From positions 288,001 through 352,000 of the forward strand of contig CAVSLV010000001.1 of NCBI GenBank assembly GCA_963728915.1: a stretch of DNA of 64,000 bases, written 5' to 3'. Below, one piece after another: positions 26,088 to 35,546 of this stretch. Position 1 is the stretch's first letter; every line of letters starts with the position of its first letter. The translations under genes and the position numbers were made by a program. The stretch is from an uncultured Gemmatimonadales bacterium. GTDB taxonomy: Bacteria > Gemmatimonadota > Gemmatimonadetes > Gemmatimonadales > GWC2-71-9. The notes below the pieces were generated by a model, which did not search any database, had not been told where the DNA came from, and saw nothing but the letters and a program-made list of their open reading frames with translations.

Positions 26088-27433
26088 TCCTCGAGCGCGG
26101 GTTGCGGGGCGGGGAGATCGCCGTGCTCGGCCTGGGCCGGAGCGGCGTCGCGGCGACCCGGCTGCTCCGGGAAGGCGGCATCCGGGTGTACGCCTCCGAC
26201 CGGGGCGACACTCCGGTGCTGGCCCGCCACCGCGACGAGCTGCTCGGCCTCGGTGCCGCGGTGGATCTGGGACGACACGATCTCGACCGGATCGGCCGGG
26301 CGGCGGGGTGCGTGGTGTCGCCGGGAATTCCGCCGGAGGCGCCGCCCATCGCGACCGCCCACGATGCCGGGGTCCCGGTCGTGGCGGAGGCGGCGCTTGG
26401 ACTGGAGGCGATGCCCGGAGTGCGCTATATCGCGGTCACCGGCACCAACGGCAAGAGCACGACCACCGCGCTGGTAGGTCATCTCCTGGGACACGCGGGG
26501 TACCGGGCCATCGCGGCGGGCAACATCGGCATGCCGCTCTGCGAGGTCGCGATCGCGCCGATCCTCCCCGAATGGCTCGCGATCGAGCTCTCTTCCTTCC
26601 AGCTGCACGACATGCCGTCGGTGGGCCCGGTCGCCGGCATCCTGACCAACCTGGAGCCGGATCACCTCGATCGATACCGGAGCCTGGCCGAGTATTTCGC
26701 CGACAAGGCGCTCCTGTTCCGGGACGCGGCGGCCGAGTCCCTCTGGGTGGTGAACGCCGACAACCCCGCCTCGGTGGAGATGACCAGGAACGTGCCGGGG
26801 CGGCGGTTGCATTTCTCGATTCTCGGTCCCGCCGACGGCTGGTACGACCGGGGCCACGGTCTCCGGCTGGGACGCGAGCCGCTGCTTCCCCGCGAGGACC
26901 TGCCCCTGCTGGGCGATCACAACGTGGCCAACGCGCTGGCCGCGGCGCTCGCGGTGCACGGCGTGGGAGCGGAAATCGAAGCCATCGCGGCTGGGCTGCG
27001 GACCTTTCACGGGCTGCCCCATCGCATGGAGACGGTGCGGGAGCTCGATGGGGTGCTCTGGATCAACGATTCCAAAGCCACCAACCTCTCCTCGACCGCC
27101 GTGGCGGTGGCGGCGCTGGACCGGCCCTTCGTTCTGCTTCTGGGCGGGCGCCACAAAGGCGCGCCCTATACCTCCCTGGGCGAATCCCTGAAGGGCAGGT
27201 GTCGGGCGGTGATCGCCTACGGGGAAGCCAGGCCGATCATCCTGTCGGACCTGGCCGGCTCGGGAGTGCCGGTCGAGCCGGGCGACGGCTTCGAGACCGT
27301 GCTCGAGCGTGCCCGCGGGCTGGCCCAGCCGGGAGAGGCCGTGCTGCTCTCCCCGGCATGCTCGAGCTACGACATGTTCGCCAATTACGAGGAGCGGGGC
27401 GCCCGCTTCCGGGAGACGGTGAACCGGTGGTGA
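26084..27433 (+). CDS. murD: UDP-MurNAc-L-Ala:D-Glu ligase
   Basis: GLGRSG, VSPGI, TGTNGKSTT, ELSSFQL, DHLDRY, NDSKATN, LSPACSSYD. Confidence 0.96.
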   Translation: MILERGLRGGEIAVLGLGRSGVAATRLLREGGIRVYASDRGDTPVLARHRDELLGLGAAVDLGRHDLDRIGRAAGCVVSPGIPPEAPPIATAHDAGVPVVAEAALGLEAMPGVRYIAVTGTNGKSTTTALVGHLLGHAGYRAIAAGNIGMPLCEVAIAPILPEWLAIELSSFQLHDMPSVGPVAGILTNLEPDHLDRYRSLAEYFADKALLFRDAAAESLWVVNADNPASVEMTRNVPGRRLHFSILGPADGWYDRGHGLRLGREPLLPREDLPLLGDHNVANALAAALAVHGVGAEIEAIAAGLRTFHGLPHRMETVRELDGVLWINDSKATNLSSTAVAVAALDRPFVLLLGGRHKGAPYTSLGESLKGRCRAVIAYGEARPIILSDLAGSGVPVEPGDGFETVLERARGLAQPGEAVLLSPACSSYDMFANYEERGARFRETVNRW

Positions 27434-28539
27434 ACGAGATGCGATGGGAAACCCGGCTCCTGGTGCTGGTGGCGGGCGTGCTCACCGTCTTCGGGACCGC
27501 GAGCCTCTACGCCGCCGCGACGCTGGAGCGGGACGCCTTCGGATTCTTCACCAAGCAGCTCCTGGGCGCGGTGCTCGGGATCGGCCTCCTCGTGGCCGTG
27601 GCCCGGATCGACTACCACAAGTGGCGAACCCTGGCCTGGCCCCTGTTGCTGGGCACGATGGTGCTCCTGATCGTCCCGCTGCTCCCGTTCACTCACTTCA
27701 TCAGTCCGGTCCGAAACGGCGCACGACGATGGATTCAGCTCCCCGGCCTCACCTTGCAACCCTCCGAGGTGGCTCGCTTCACGGTCCCGATCTGGATCGC
27801 GATGCTGGCGGCGAAGAAGGGGGGAATGATCCGCGACTTCAAGAAAGGCCTGCTCCCGTTTCTTCTGATTCTCGGCCTGGTGAGCCTGCTCATCCTCCTG
27901 GAGCCGAACCTCTCCACGGCTGTCCTGATGGCGGCCATCGGCTTCACGATCCTCTTCACCGCCGGCGCGCGCATCGGGCATTTCCTCCTGCTGATTCCCG
28001 TGGCGCTGGCCGGGGTGGCCGGGCTGATCATCGTCGAGCCGTACCGCCTGGCCCGGGTCAAGTGCTTCTTCGAGTCGTGCGGGCAGGGGAATTTCCAGCT
28101 CGACCAGGCCTTGCTGGGTTTCGGATCCGGTGGCGCCTTCGGGGTGGGATTCGGACATGGGCAGCTCAAGCTGCACTATCTCCCGTACGGCTATTCCGAT
28201 TTCCTGTTCAGCACCATCGGTGAGGAGTGGGGCTTCCTCGGGGTGGTGGTGATTGCGCTGCTCTTCGCGGTGTTCGGCTGGTTCGGGTTCCGGATCGCCA
28301 AGACGGCGCCGGATCCCTTCGGCCAGTTCCTGGCGGTCGGGCTCGCGGCCGCGATTTCCCTCGGCGCGCTGCTGCATATGGCGGTCACCGTCGGGCTCAT
28401 GCCGACGACCGGACTCGCTTTTCCCTTCATGAGCTACGGCCGGAGCGGGTTGATCATGGCCCTGGTGTCGGTGGGGGTGCTGGTGAATATCGGAAGGGCC
28501 AGGGGAGCGGGCGGGGCCAGAGGGGACAAGGGCCGCTGA
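27430..28539 (+). CDS. ftsW: SEDS peptidoglycan polymerase FtsW
   Basis: NGARRWI, QPSE, EPNL, YLP..SDFLF..GEEWG, PTTGLAFPFMSYG. Confidence 0.95.
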   Translation: MNEMRWETRLLVLVAGVLTVFGTASLYAAATLERDAFGFFTKQLLGAVLGIGLLVAVARIDYHKWRTLAWPLLLGTMVLLIVPLLPFTHFISPVRNGARRWIQLPGLTLQPSEVARFTVPIWIAMLAAKKGGMIRDFKKGLLPFLLILGLVSLLILLEPNLSTAVLMAAIGFTILFTAGARIGHFLLLIPVALAGVAGLIIVEPYRLARVKCFFESCGQGNFQLDQALLGFGSGGAFGVGFGHGQLKLHYLPYGYSDFLFSTIGEEWGFLGVVVIALLFAVFGWFGFRIAKTAPDPFGQFLAVGLAAAISLGALLHMAVTVGLMPTTGLAFPFMSYGRSGLIMALVSVGVLVNIGRARGAGGARGDKGR

Positions 28540-29627
28540 CTTCCACCGCCCTGATCGCCGGCGGAGGCACCGGTGGACATCTCATCCCCGCGCTGGTCAT
28601 CGGCGAAGCCATCCAGAAGCGATACCCCGAGTATCGGGTCGAGCTCGCCGGGGCCCGGAGGGGCCTCGAAGCCAGGCTGTTGCCCGGGCGGCAGTTCCCC
28701 TATCACCTGCTTCACCTCGAGCCGATCTATCGGCGCCAGTGGTGGAAGAACCTCCGCTGGCCGATACTGGGTTTCCGCCTGGTTCGTGAAGTCGGGCGTC
28801 TCCTCGACACCGTGCAACCGTCGGTTGTCATCGGTACCGGGGGGTACGCTTCCGCGCCGGTAGTCTGGATGGCGGCGCGGCGAGGCATCCCGACCGCCGT
28901 CCTCGAGCTCAACGCCTTTCCCGGTCTCGCGGTCCGAAGGCTGGCGCGGAGGGTGGATGAGATCTGGCTGGGCAGTCCGGAGGCGCGGCGCCATCTCAGG
29001 CCGGCCGCCAAAACCCGGATCGTGGATACCGGCACGCCGATCGACCCCCCCGATCCCTCCAGTCGTGAGCTCGCGCTCTCGTCCTTCGGCCTGACTCCCG
29101 ATAAGCCCGTCGTCCTGGTGAGCGGCGGGAGTCAGGGGTCCCACGCCCTGAATCGGGCCATCGCTCACTGGATCGCGGGTGGAGCGGCAAGCCGGTATCA
29201 GCTCGTATGGGTCACCGGCCGGGGGAGCTACGGTGAGTTCCGGGGCCTCCACCATCCGCCCGAGGTGACGGTCATCGACTTTCTCGATCCGATGAAACGG
29301 GGATACTCGGTGGCCGACATGGCGATCACCCGGGCGGGCATGATGACGATCGCCGAGCTCTCTGCCTGGGGGATTCCCTCGATTCTGGTGCCGCTCCCCA
29401 CCTCGGCGGCGGACCATCAGACCGCCAATGCGAAGGCCATGGAAGCGGCCGGGGCTGCAATCCTGCTTCCTCAATCGGAACTCGATCCCAAAGTCATCAG
29501 TCGGACCGTCGAGGAGGTCCTTGAAAATCCCGGTCGGCGGGTTTCAATGCGGCAGGCAACCCTCGCCAGAGCCAAACCGGACGCACTCGACCACATCCTG
29601 GACCGTTTCGGGATCCTTTCGGGGTAG
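28536..29627 (+). CDS. murG: Lipid II GlcNAc transferase, probable CTG start
   Basis: AGGGTGGH, GTGGYAS, GGSQG, RAG..T.AE, DHQTANA. Confidence 0.93.
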   Translation: MTSTALIAGGGTGGHLIPALVIGEAIQKRYPEYRVELAGARRGLEARLLPGRQFPYHLLHLEPIYRRQWWKNLRWPILGFRLVREVGRLLDTVQPSVVIGTGGYASAPVVWMAARRGIPTAVLELNAFPGLAVRRLARRVDEIWLGSPEARRHLRPAAKTRIVDTGTPIDPPDPSSRELALSSFGLTPDKPVVLVSGGSQGSHALNRAIAHWIAGGAASRYQLVWVTGRGSYGEFRGLHHPPEVTVIDFLDPMKRGYSVADMAITRAGMMTIAELSAWGIPSILVPLPTSAADHQTANAKAMEAAGAAILLPQSELDPKVISRTVEEVLENPGRRVSMRQATLARAKPDALDHILDRFGILSG

Positions 29628-29636
29628 GACTCCTCT

Positions 29637-29664
29637 TTCGCAAGTTACAGTCCTGTTTTAGATT
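29637..29664 (+). promoter_or_regulatory. Possible internal promoter upstream of murC
   Basis: AT-rich gap containing TTCGCA, 16-bp spacer, TAGATT. Confidence 0.35.
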
Positions 29665-29676
29665 AGCCTATTGGCC

Positions 29677-31062
29677 ATGAACCTATTTCTCCCGTCCGAT
29701 GCTCGGCCACTGCATTTCATCGGAATCGGGGGGGCGGGAATGAGCGCCTTGGCGCTCATCGCTCGCAGTCGGGGAATCCCCGTCACAGGCTCCGATGCCG
29801 ACATCTCGGGCTGCGGAGATCTCGTGAAAGCGGGGGCGGAAATCGTCGAGGGGAGCGCACCGGATTTCGCTCGCAGGGCCAGGGCGGTCGTTGTGAGCGC
29901 GGCGGTTCCGGACCGCCATCCGGATCTCGAAGCCGCTCAGGGGAATGGAGTTCCGATCGTTCCCCGAAAGCTCGCCCTGGCGGAGCTGGTATCCCCAGGC
30001 AGATGTGTGGGGATCGCCGGCACCCATGGAAAGACGACAACGACGGTGATGACGACCGAGGCCGTGGCGGCCTCCGGTCTCAGAGTCACGGGAATAGCGG
30101 GTGGCAGGGTGGCCTCCTGGGGCGGGAACGCGCGAATCGCCGGATCGGAGCGCGATCTCTTCGTCGTGGAAGCCGATGAATACGATCAGGCCTTTCTCAC
30201 GTTGCAGCCCAGCGTCGCCGTAATCACGAATGTCGAAGCGGACCATCTGGAGTGCTATGGATCCCTGGAAGCCCTGGAGCATGCCTTCGTGACGTTTGCC
30301 GGCCGCGCCGAGCGGATTCTGGTGGGGAATGACTCCGCTGGGGCCCTGCGGGTCGCGAAAGCAATCCCGGGTTCCCGGGTGTGGCGCTACGGGCCGGATG
30401 CCCTGGACCTTCGCATCGGCCAAATCGAACAATCGACGACAGGAACCCGGGCCACCATCACTCTGCCCGACCGCAGCACGGTTCCCCTCGAGCTGCAAAT
30501 CCCCGGACTTCACAATCTCCGGAACGCTACGGCCGCGCTCGGTGTGGTGGTGGCGCTCGGGGCTGATCCCCGACGTGCCCTTCCAGTGCTTTCCTCCTTC
30601 ACGGGGGTGGGCCGCCGGTTCGAGCGGTTGGGAGAGGTGAGCGGGATCGCCGTAGTCGATGACTATGCCCACCACCCCACCGAGATCCGGGCCACCCTTC
30701 TTGGGGCGCGGCAGGCGTTTCCCGGGCGAAGGCTCGTGGCGGTCTTCCAGCCTCACCTCTTCTCCCGAACCGCGGAGCTCGGCGGAGAGATGGGCTCGGC
30801 ACTCGCTTCGGCTGACCTGGCGGTCGTCACCGATGTCTACGCCGCGCGGGAGCAGCCGCTTCCCGGCGTTACCGGCCAGAAGGTGGCGGACGCGGCCCGA
30901 GGCGCCGGTGGCGAAGTGGTGTACGAGCCGAGCCGCGCCCGACTGGCCCAGCGAGTCAGGGAGCTGGTTCGCCCGGGGGATCTGGTTCTGACCCTCGGCG
31001 CCGGTGATATCACCCGACTCAGCCGGGAAATGTTTCCGGAGCTCGACGGGGAATCCCGATGA
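29677..31062 (+). CDS. murC: UDP-MurNAc:L-Ala ligase
   Basis: HFIGIGGAGMS, AGTHGKTTTT, EADEYD, DHLE, GVGRRFE, DDYAHHPTE, FQPH. Alternative TTG start at 29671. Confidence 0.96.
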   Translation: MNLFLPSDARPLHFIGIGGAGMSALALIARSRGIPVTGSDADISGCGDLVKAGAEIVEGSAPDFARRARAVVVSAAVPDRHPDLEAAQGNGVPIVPRKLALAELVSPGRCVGIAGTHGKTTTTVMTTEAVAASGLRVTGIAGGRVASWGGNARIAGSERDLFVVEADEYDQAFLTLQPSVAVITNVEADHLECYGSLEALEHAFVTFAGRAERILVGNDSAGALRVAKAIPGSRVWRYGPDALDLRIGQIEQSTTGTRATITLPDRSTVPLELQIPGLHNLRNATAALGVVVALGADPRRALPVLSSFTGVGRRFERLGEVSGIAVVDDYAHHPTEIRATLLGARQAFPGRRLVAVFQPHLFSRTAELGGEMGSALASADLAVVTDVYAAREQPLPGVTGQKVADAARGAGGEVVYEPSRARLAQRVRELVRPGDLVLTLGAGDITRLSREMFPELDGESR

Positions 31063-31775
31063 AGGGATCCCGGACTCCGCCCCAGAACTGGCGCCAGCGC
31101 CATAAGGGCAAGGTGAAGCTGCTGGTTCTGCTGATCGTTGTTGTCCTCGCCGGGGCTGGCGCTCGCTCCTTGCTTCGCCGGCTCTCCTTCTTCTCGGTGC
31201 GCCGGGTCGAGGTCGTGGGGGCTCGCTATCTCGATGCTCAAACGGCGGCGGCCGCCCTGGGTCTCGACCCGAAGGCCAGCCTCTTCGACCCGAAGGACCA
31301 GTGGACCGCCCGGATCAAGGCGCTACCGGGAGTTCTTGACGCGCACATCGGCCGTCGCCTGCCGGGGACCCTCCGGATCGAAGTGGACGAGGCGCAGCCG
31401 GTCGCCCTGGCCGAGCAGGGGAATCGGTTGGTGCTGGTCGATGAGTCCGGCGCCGTGCTCCCTTTCAATCCCGCCCGCCCGGCGGCCGACCTGCCCCTCG
31501 CGCCGGCGGACTCGATCGTCACCGAGGTACTGGCCCGGGTGCGCGATATCGCTCCCGACCTGTTCGCCCGGGTGCAGCGGGGGTTCCGGATCCGGGGTGA
31601 CGTGGCCCTGGAGCTCGACGAAGGCCGGCTGTACCTGCGGGGCGGCGCCGACGCCGCCGACATCGAGGCGGTGTCCGTGGTGACCGGCCTGCTCGCCCGG
31701 GAGGGCCGGAGCTGGCGCGAGCTCGATGTGCGCTACCTGCCCCGAGTGGTGGTGCGGAAGTCGGGGAGCGCATGA
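31059..31775 (+). CDS. ftsQ: Cell division protein FtsQ/DivIB
   Basis: Single TM helix, POTRA-like region (FSVRRVEVVG...RRLPGTLRIEV), C-terminal LDVRY; lies upstream of ftsA. Confidence 0.85.
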   Translation: MKGSRTPPQNWRQRHKGKVKLLVLLIVVVLAGAGARSLLRRLSFFSVRRVEVVGARYLDAQTAAAALGLDPKASLFDPKDQWTARIKALPGVLDAHIGRRLPGTLRIEVDEAQPVALAEQGNRLVLVDESGAVLPFNPARPAADLPLAPADSIVTEVLARVRDIAPDLFARVQRGFRIRGDVALELDEGRLYLRGGADAADIEAVSVVTGLLAREGRSWRELDVRYLPRVVVRKSGSA

Positions 31776-33022
31776 GCGAGCAACCGGAGCGACTGGTGGC
31801 GGCGCTCGATCTGGGATCGACCCGGATCGTCGGGGCGATCGCCGAAGCGCAGGGAGAGCTGCGCGCGCCGCGCGCCCGGGTGCTTGGCATCGCGACCGAG
31901 CGGTCCAACGGGATCCGGCGCGGGGTGGTTCGCCATCTCGACGAGGTGACCCGGGCCATCGCCAAGGCCATGAAGGACGCCGAGACCATGGCCGGGATGA
32001 AGGTCGGCACGGTGTTCTGCGGAGTCGCGGGCGAGCACCTCGCGGCGCGGAGCTCGCACGGGGTGGTCTCGGTGACCGGGAGCGAGATCCGCACCGGCGA
32101 CGTGGCGCGGGTCAACGACGTGGCGAGCAACGTGAGCTTCGGCCGGGATCACGAGCTGCTCCATGCCATTCCCCAGGATTACCTGGTGGACCAGCAGGAG
32201 GGGATCACCGAGCCAATCGGGATGACCGGGTCCCGGCTGGAAGCCGAGGTGTACCTGGTCACCATCCTCTCCAGCGCGGTCCAGAACCTCCGCCGCTGCG
32301 TGGAGCGCGCGGGTTATGAGGTCGGGGAGTTCGTGCTGGAGCCCCTGGCGGCGTCGCTGGCGGTGCTCACTCCCGACGAGCGCGAGCTGGGCTGTGCTCT
32401 GGTGGAGCTGGGCGGCGGCTCGACCAACGTCTCGGTGTTCCTGGGCGGCAAGATCCGCCACACCGCCAGCTCGACCTTCGCGGGTGGCCACGTCACCAGC
32501 GATGTGGTGCAGGGGCTCCAGGTCACCCCGCCCGAGGCGGAGCGCCTCAAGGAGCGGTTCGGCGCGGCCTACGAGGCGCTGGTGGATGCCGACGAGGTGA
32601 TCCAGCTCCCCGCGATGCCGGGCCAGCAGGCCCGGGCCGCGCACCGGCAGGTGCTCGCCCACATCATGCGGATGCGGACCCAGGAAATCTTCGAGCTGGC
32701 GCTCGACGAGCTCTCGCGCACGGGGTATCGCCAGCGGCTCGGCGCGGGGATCATCCTGACCGGGGGCGGCGCCCAGGCGCCCGGCATCGTCGAGCTGGGG
32801 CGCGAGGTGTTCGCGATGCCGGTGCGGGTCGGAAAGCCGGGCCAGGGGCTTTCCGGGCTGACCGACGAGATGGAATCGCCCCGCATGGCGGTGCCGGCGG
32901 GGCTCCTGCTCTATGGGGCGAAGGAAGCGATGACCGGCGGCGGATTCGGTCCGGGACGCCGCGCGCCGGCGGTGGAAAAGGTGTTCGGTCCCGTCCGACG
33001 ATGGCTCCAGGATTTCTTCTGA
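31772..33022 (+). CDS. ftsA: Cell division protein FtsA
   Basis: LDLGSTRI, GIRRG, PIGMTGSRLE, AERLK, LTGGGA and a C-terminal amphipathic helix (VRRWLQDFF). Confidence 0.96.
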   Translation: MSEQPERLVAALDLGSTRIVGAIAEAQGELRAPRARVLGIATERSNGIRRGVVRHLDEVTRAIAKAMKDAETMAGMKVGTVFCGVAGEHLAARSSHGVVSVTGSEIRTGDVARVNDVASNVSFGRDHELLHAIPQDYLVDQQEGITEPIGMTGSRLEAEVYLVTILSSAVQNLRRCVERAGYEVGEFVLEPLAASLAVLTPDERELGCALVELGGGSTNVSVFLGGKIRHTASSTFAGGHVTSDVVQGLQVTPPEAERLKERFGAAYEALVDADEVIQLPAMPGQQARAAHRQVLAHIMRMRTQEIFELALDELSRTGYRQRLGAGIILTGGGAQAPGIVELGREVFAMPVRVGKPGQGLSGLTDEMESPRMAVPAGLLLYGAKEAMTGGGFGPGRRAPAVEKVFGPVRRWLQDFF

Positions 33023-33044
33023 TTCAACCCGCGAGGACTCGGCC

Positions 33045-34247
33045 ATGATCTTCGAACTCGAAGAACCGAACGCGCAGCAGGCCCGCATGAAGGTGATCGG
33101 CGTCGGGGGCGGCGGCAGCAATGCCGTCAACCGGATGATCGAGGAACGCCTGGTCGGGGTGGAATTCATTTCGGTGAATACCGACTCCCAGGCGCTCTCC
33201 AAATCCAGATCGGACCACAAGGTCCAGATCGGGAAGAAGCTCACCCGCGGGTTAGGAGCGGGCGCCCGCCCCGAGATCGGCCGCCAGGCCATCGAGGAGA
33301 ACCGCGACGAGGTCCTGGCCGCGATGCAGGGCGCCGACCTGGTCTTCGTGACCTGCGGGATGGGCGGCGGCACCGGCACCGGCTCGGCCCCGGTGATCGC
33401 CCAGATGGCCCGGGACATCGGCGCCCTCACCGTGGGGATCGTGACCAAGCCGTTCCTCTTCGAGGGACGCCAGCGGATGAAGCAGGCGGAGACCGGGATC
33501 ATGGAGATGCGCCACTCGGTGGACACCATGATCGTGGTGCCCAACGAACGGCTCATGGCGGTGGTGGGGAAGGGCTTCAAGTTCGAGGATGCCCTGAAGA
33601 AGGCCGACGAGGTGCTCCTCAACGCCACCCAGGGCATCGCCGACCTCATCACCCGGACCGGACTCATCAACGTGGACTTTGCCGACGTCCGGACCGTGAT
33701 GCAGAACGGGGGGTCGGCCCTGATGGGGATCGGGCAGGGCCGGGGGGAGAACCGCGCCCTCGAGGCCGCCCAGCAGGCCATCTCGAGCCCCCTCCTGGAC
33801 AGCATCTCGATCGCCGGGGCGACCGGGGTCTTGATGAACATCACCAGCAGCGATATAACCATGGGGGAGGTCACCCAGATCTCCGAGATCATCCACGACG
33901 CGGCCGGCGACCACGCCGAGATTATCTTCGGAGCCTGCTCCGAGCCGCTGCCTGACGGGGAAATCCGGGTCACCGTGATCGCCACCGGCTTCGACCGCGC
34001 CATTACCGGCGAGTCGACTCCGGCCCGGGCGCCCGGGGTGCTCCAGTTCCCCGAGCGGAAGCGGGCGGTGGCGGGTGGCGGCTCGATCGGCGGGCCGATC
34101 CAGACCAGTGGGCCGGTCTCCAGCGGCCCGGTCACCAGCGCCGGCCCGAGAACGGTGGTCCCGAGGGCCCAGGCTCGTAGCGCAACCGGCGCACCGGAAG
34201 TCTCCGATATGGAGATTCCGACCTTTATCCGGAGGCAAATGGATTGA
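33045..34247 (+). CDS. ftsZ: Cell division protein FtsZ
   Basis: GVGGGGSNAV, GMGGGTGTG, INVDFADV, C-terminal EIPTFIRRQ. Confidence 0.98.
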   Translation: MIFELEEPNAQQARMKVIGVGGGGSNAVNRMIEERLVGVEFISVNTDSQALSKSRSDHKVQIGKKLTRGLGAGARPEIGRQAIEENRDEVLAAMQGADLVFVTCGMGGGTGTGSAPVIAQMARDIGALTVGIVTKPFLFEGRQRMKQAETGIMEMRHSVDTMIVVPNERLMAVVGKGFKFEDALKKADEVLLNATQGIADLITRTGLINVDFADVRTVMQNGGSALMGIGQGRGENRALEAAQQAISSPLLDSISIAGATGVLMNITSSDITMGEVTQISEIIHDAAGDHAEIIFGACSEPLPDGEIRVTVIATGFDRAITGESTPARAPGVLQFPERKRAVAGGGSIGGPIQTSGPVSSGPVTSAGPRTVVPRAQARSATGAPEVSDMEIPTFIRRQMD

Positions 34248-35506
34248 CCCCGAGCGCCAGGCTTCGTGTCGGACTTGCGGTGGTGGTTCTGGCCGTTGCG
34301 GCCATCCTCACCGCGAACGGACGATGGCCCTGGCGCCGGCTCGAGGCTCCTGCCGTGGCGGCGGTGGAGCAACCGCTCGCCCCGATCCGGGTCACCCATT
34401 CGGATACGCTGCGCTCGGGAGAAACCCTGAGCGACGTGCTGGTTCGCCAGGGACTCTTCCCCGGCGATCTCGTTGCCCTGTTCAAGCAGGCTGGTCTCGA
34501 TCCCCGCCGGTTACGAGCCGGCCTCATCCTCAAGTTTGGCCGTCCCGCCCAGGATACCACCCCGAACGAGATCCGGGTTCGGGTGAGCCCCACGCTCCGG
34601 CTCGCACTCTGGAAGCAGGACAGCAATTGGACCGCGGCATCGGAGCCGGTGCCCTGGCAACGCGAAGTGCTCCGGATCGAAGGGCCGATCGAGAGCTCGC
34701 TCTACGATGCGCTCGACGACCGGATCACCGACGACGTGCTCGACTACGGCAATCGGGTGCGCCTGGCCTGGGACCTCGCGGATATCTACGCCTGGTCGGT
34801 GGACTTCAACCGGGATATTCAGGATGGCGACCGCTTCACGGTCCTGGTCGAGCGGGAAATCTCCGATGAGGGCGAGGTCCGGGTGGGCAACATCCTCGCC
34901 GCCGATCTGCTCTCATCCGGCAAGCATCTCAAGGCATTCCGGTTCGACATTCCGGGGCAGGGAGCCCATTATTTCGATGGCGACGGGAATTCGCTCCGCC
35001 GGGCATTTCTCCGCGCGCCGGTCGAATTCCGCCGGATCGCTTCCAGCTTCAGTCGCTCCCGCTTCCATCCCATCCTCGGCATCTGGCGGAAGCACGAGGG
35101 AACCGACTACGCCGCCGCGCCGGGCACCCCGGTGCTCGCGTCGGGCGACGGGGTGGTGACGCACGCCGGCTGGCAGGGCGGATATGGGAACCTGATCGAG
35201 CTGCGACACCGAAACGGTATTACCACACGCTACGGGCATCTGCGTGGATTCGCGAGCGGGATCAGAGTCGGAGAGCGGGTCTCCCAGGGCGAAGTGATCG
35301 GGTATGTGGGATCGACCGGCCTGGCCAGCGGTCCGCACCTCCACTACGAATTCCGGGTGAATGGCGTCGCGCAGGACTCCCGGCGCATGGATCTTGGTCC
35401 GGTCGAGCCGATTCCCGGGACATTCCGGGCTCAGTTCCGGGCCGAGCAGGTCCGGTTGACGGATAGGTTGAACGGCATCACCACTCCGGTAAATGCAGGG
35501 GGCTAG
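34244..35506 (+). CDS. M23 peptidoglycan DD-endopeptidase (MepM-like)
   Basis: N-terminal TM, LysM/OapA-like region (SGETLS), HEGTD, GYGN, YGHL, GPHLHYE. Confidence 0.9.
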   Translation: MTPSARLRVGLAVVVLAVAAILTANGRWPWRRLEAPAVAAVEQPLAPIRVTHSDTLRSGETLSDVLVRQGLFPGDLVALFKQAGLDPRRLRAGLILKFGRPAQDTTPNEIRVRVSPTLRLALWKQDSNWTAASEPVPWQREVLRIEGPIESSLYDALDDRITDDVLDYGNRVRLAWDLADIYAWSVDFNRDIQDGDRFTVLVEREISDEGEVRVGNILAADLLSSGKHLKAFRFDIPGQGAHYFDGDGNSLRRAFLRAPVEFRRIASSFSRSRFHPILGIWRKHEGTDYAAAPGTPVLASGDGVVTHAGWQGGYGNLIELRHRNGITTRYGHLRGFASGIRVGERVSQGEVIGYVGSTGLASGPHLHYEFRVNGVAQDSRRMDLGPVEPIPGTFRAQFRAEQVRLTDRLNGITTPVNAGG

Positions 35507-35546
35507 TCGGTAGGTCGCGTTTCCCCGCCTCTATAATTCAGTCCTC

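Noticed and set aside
25277..28536. Long N-terminal extensions or fusions on murD, ftsW and murG in the ORF track (also deoB, miaB, ftsY, the mutase and the SSS gene)
   Set aside because: The extensions are out-of-frame read-through of upstream genes; family homology begins at downstream starts that overlap the previous stop.
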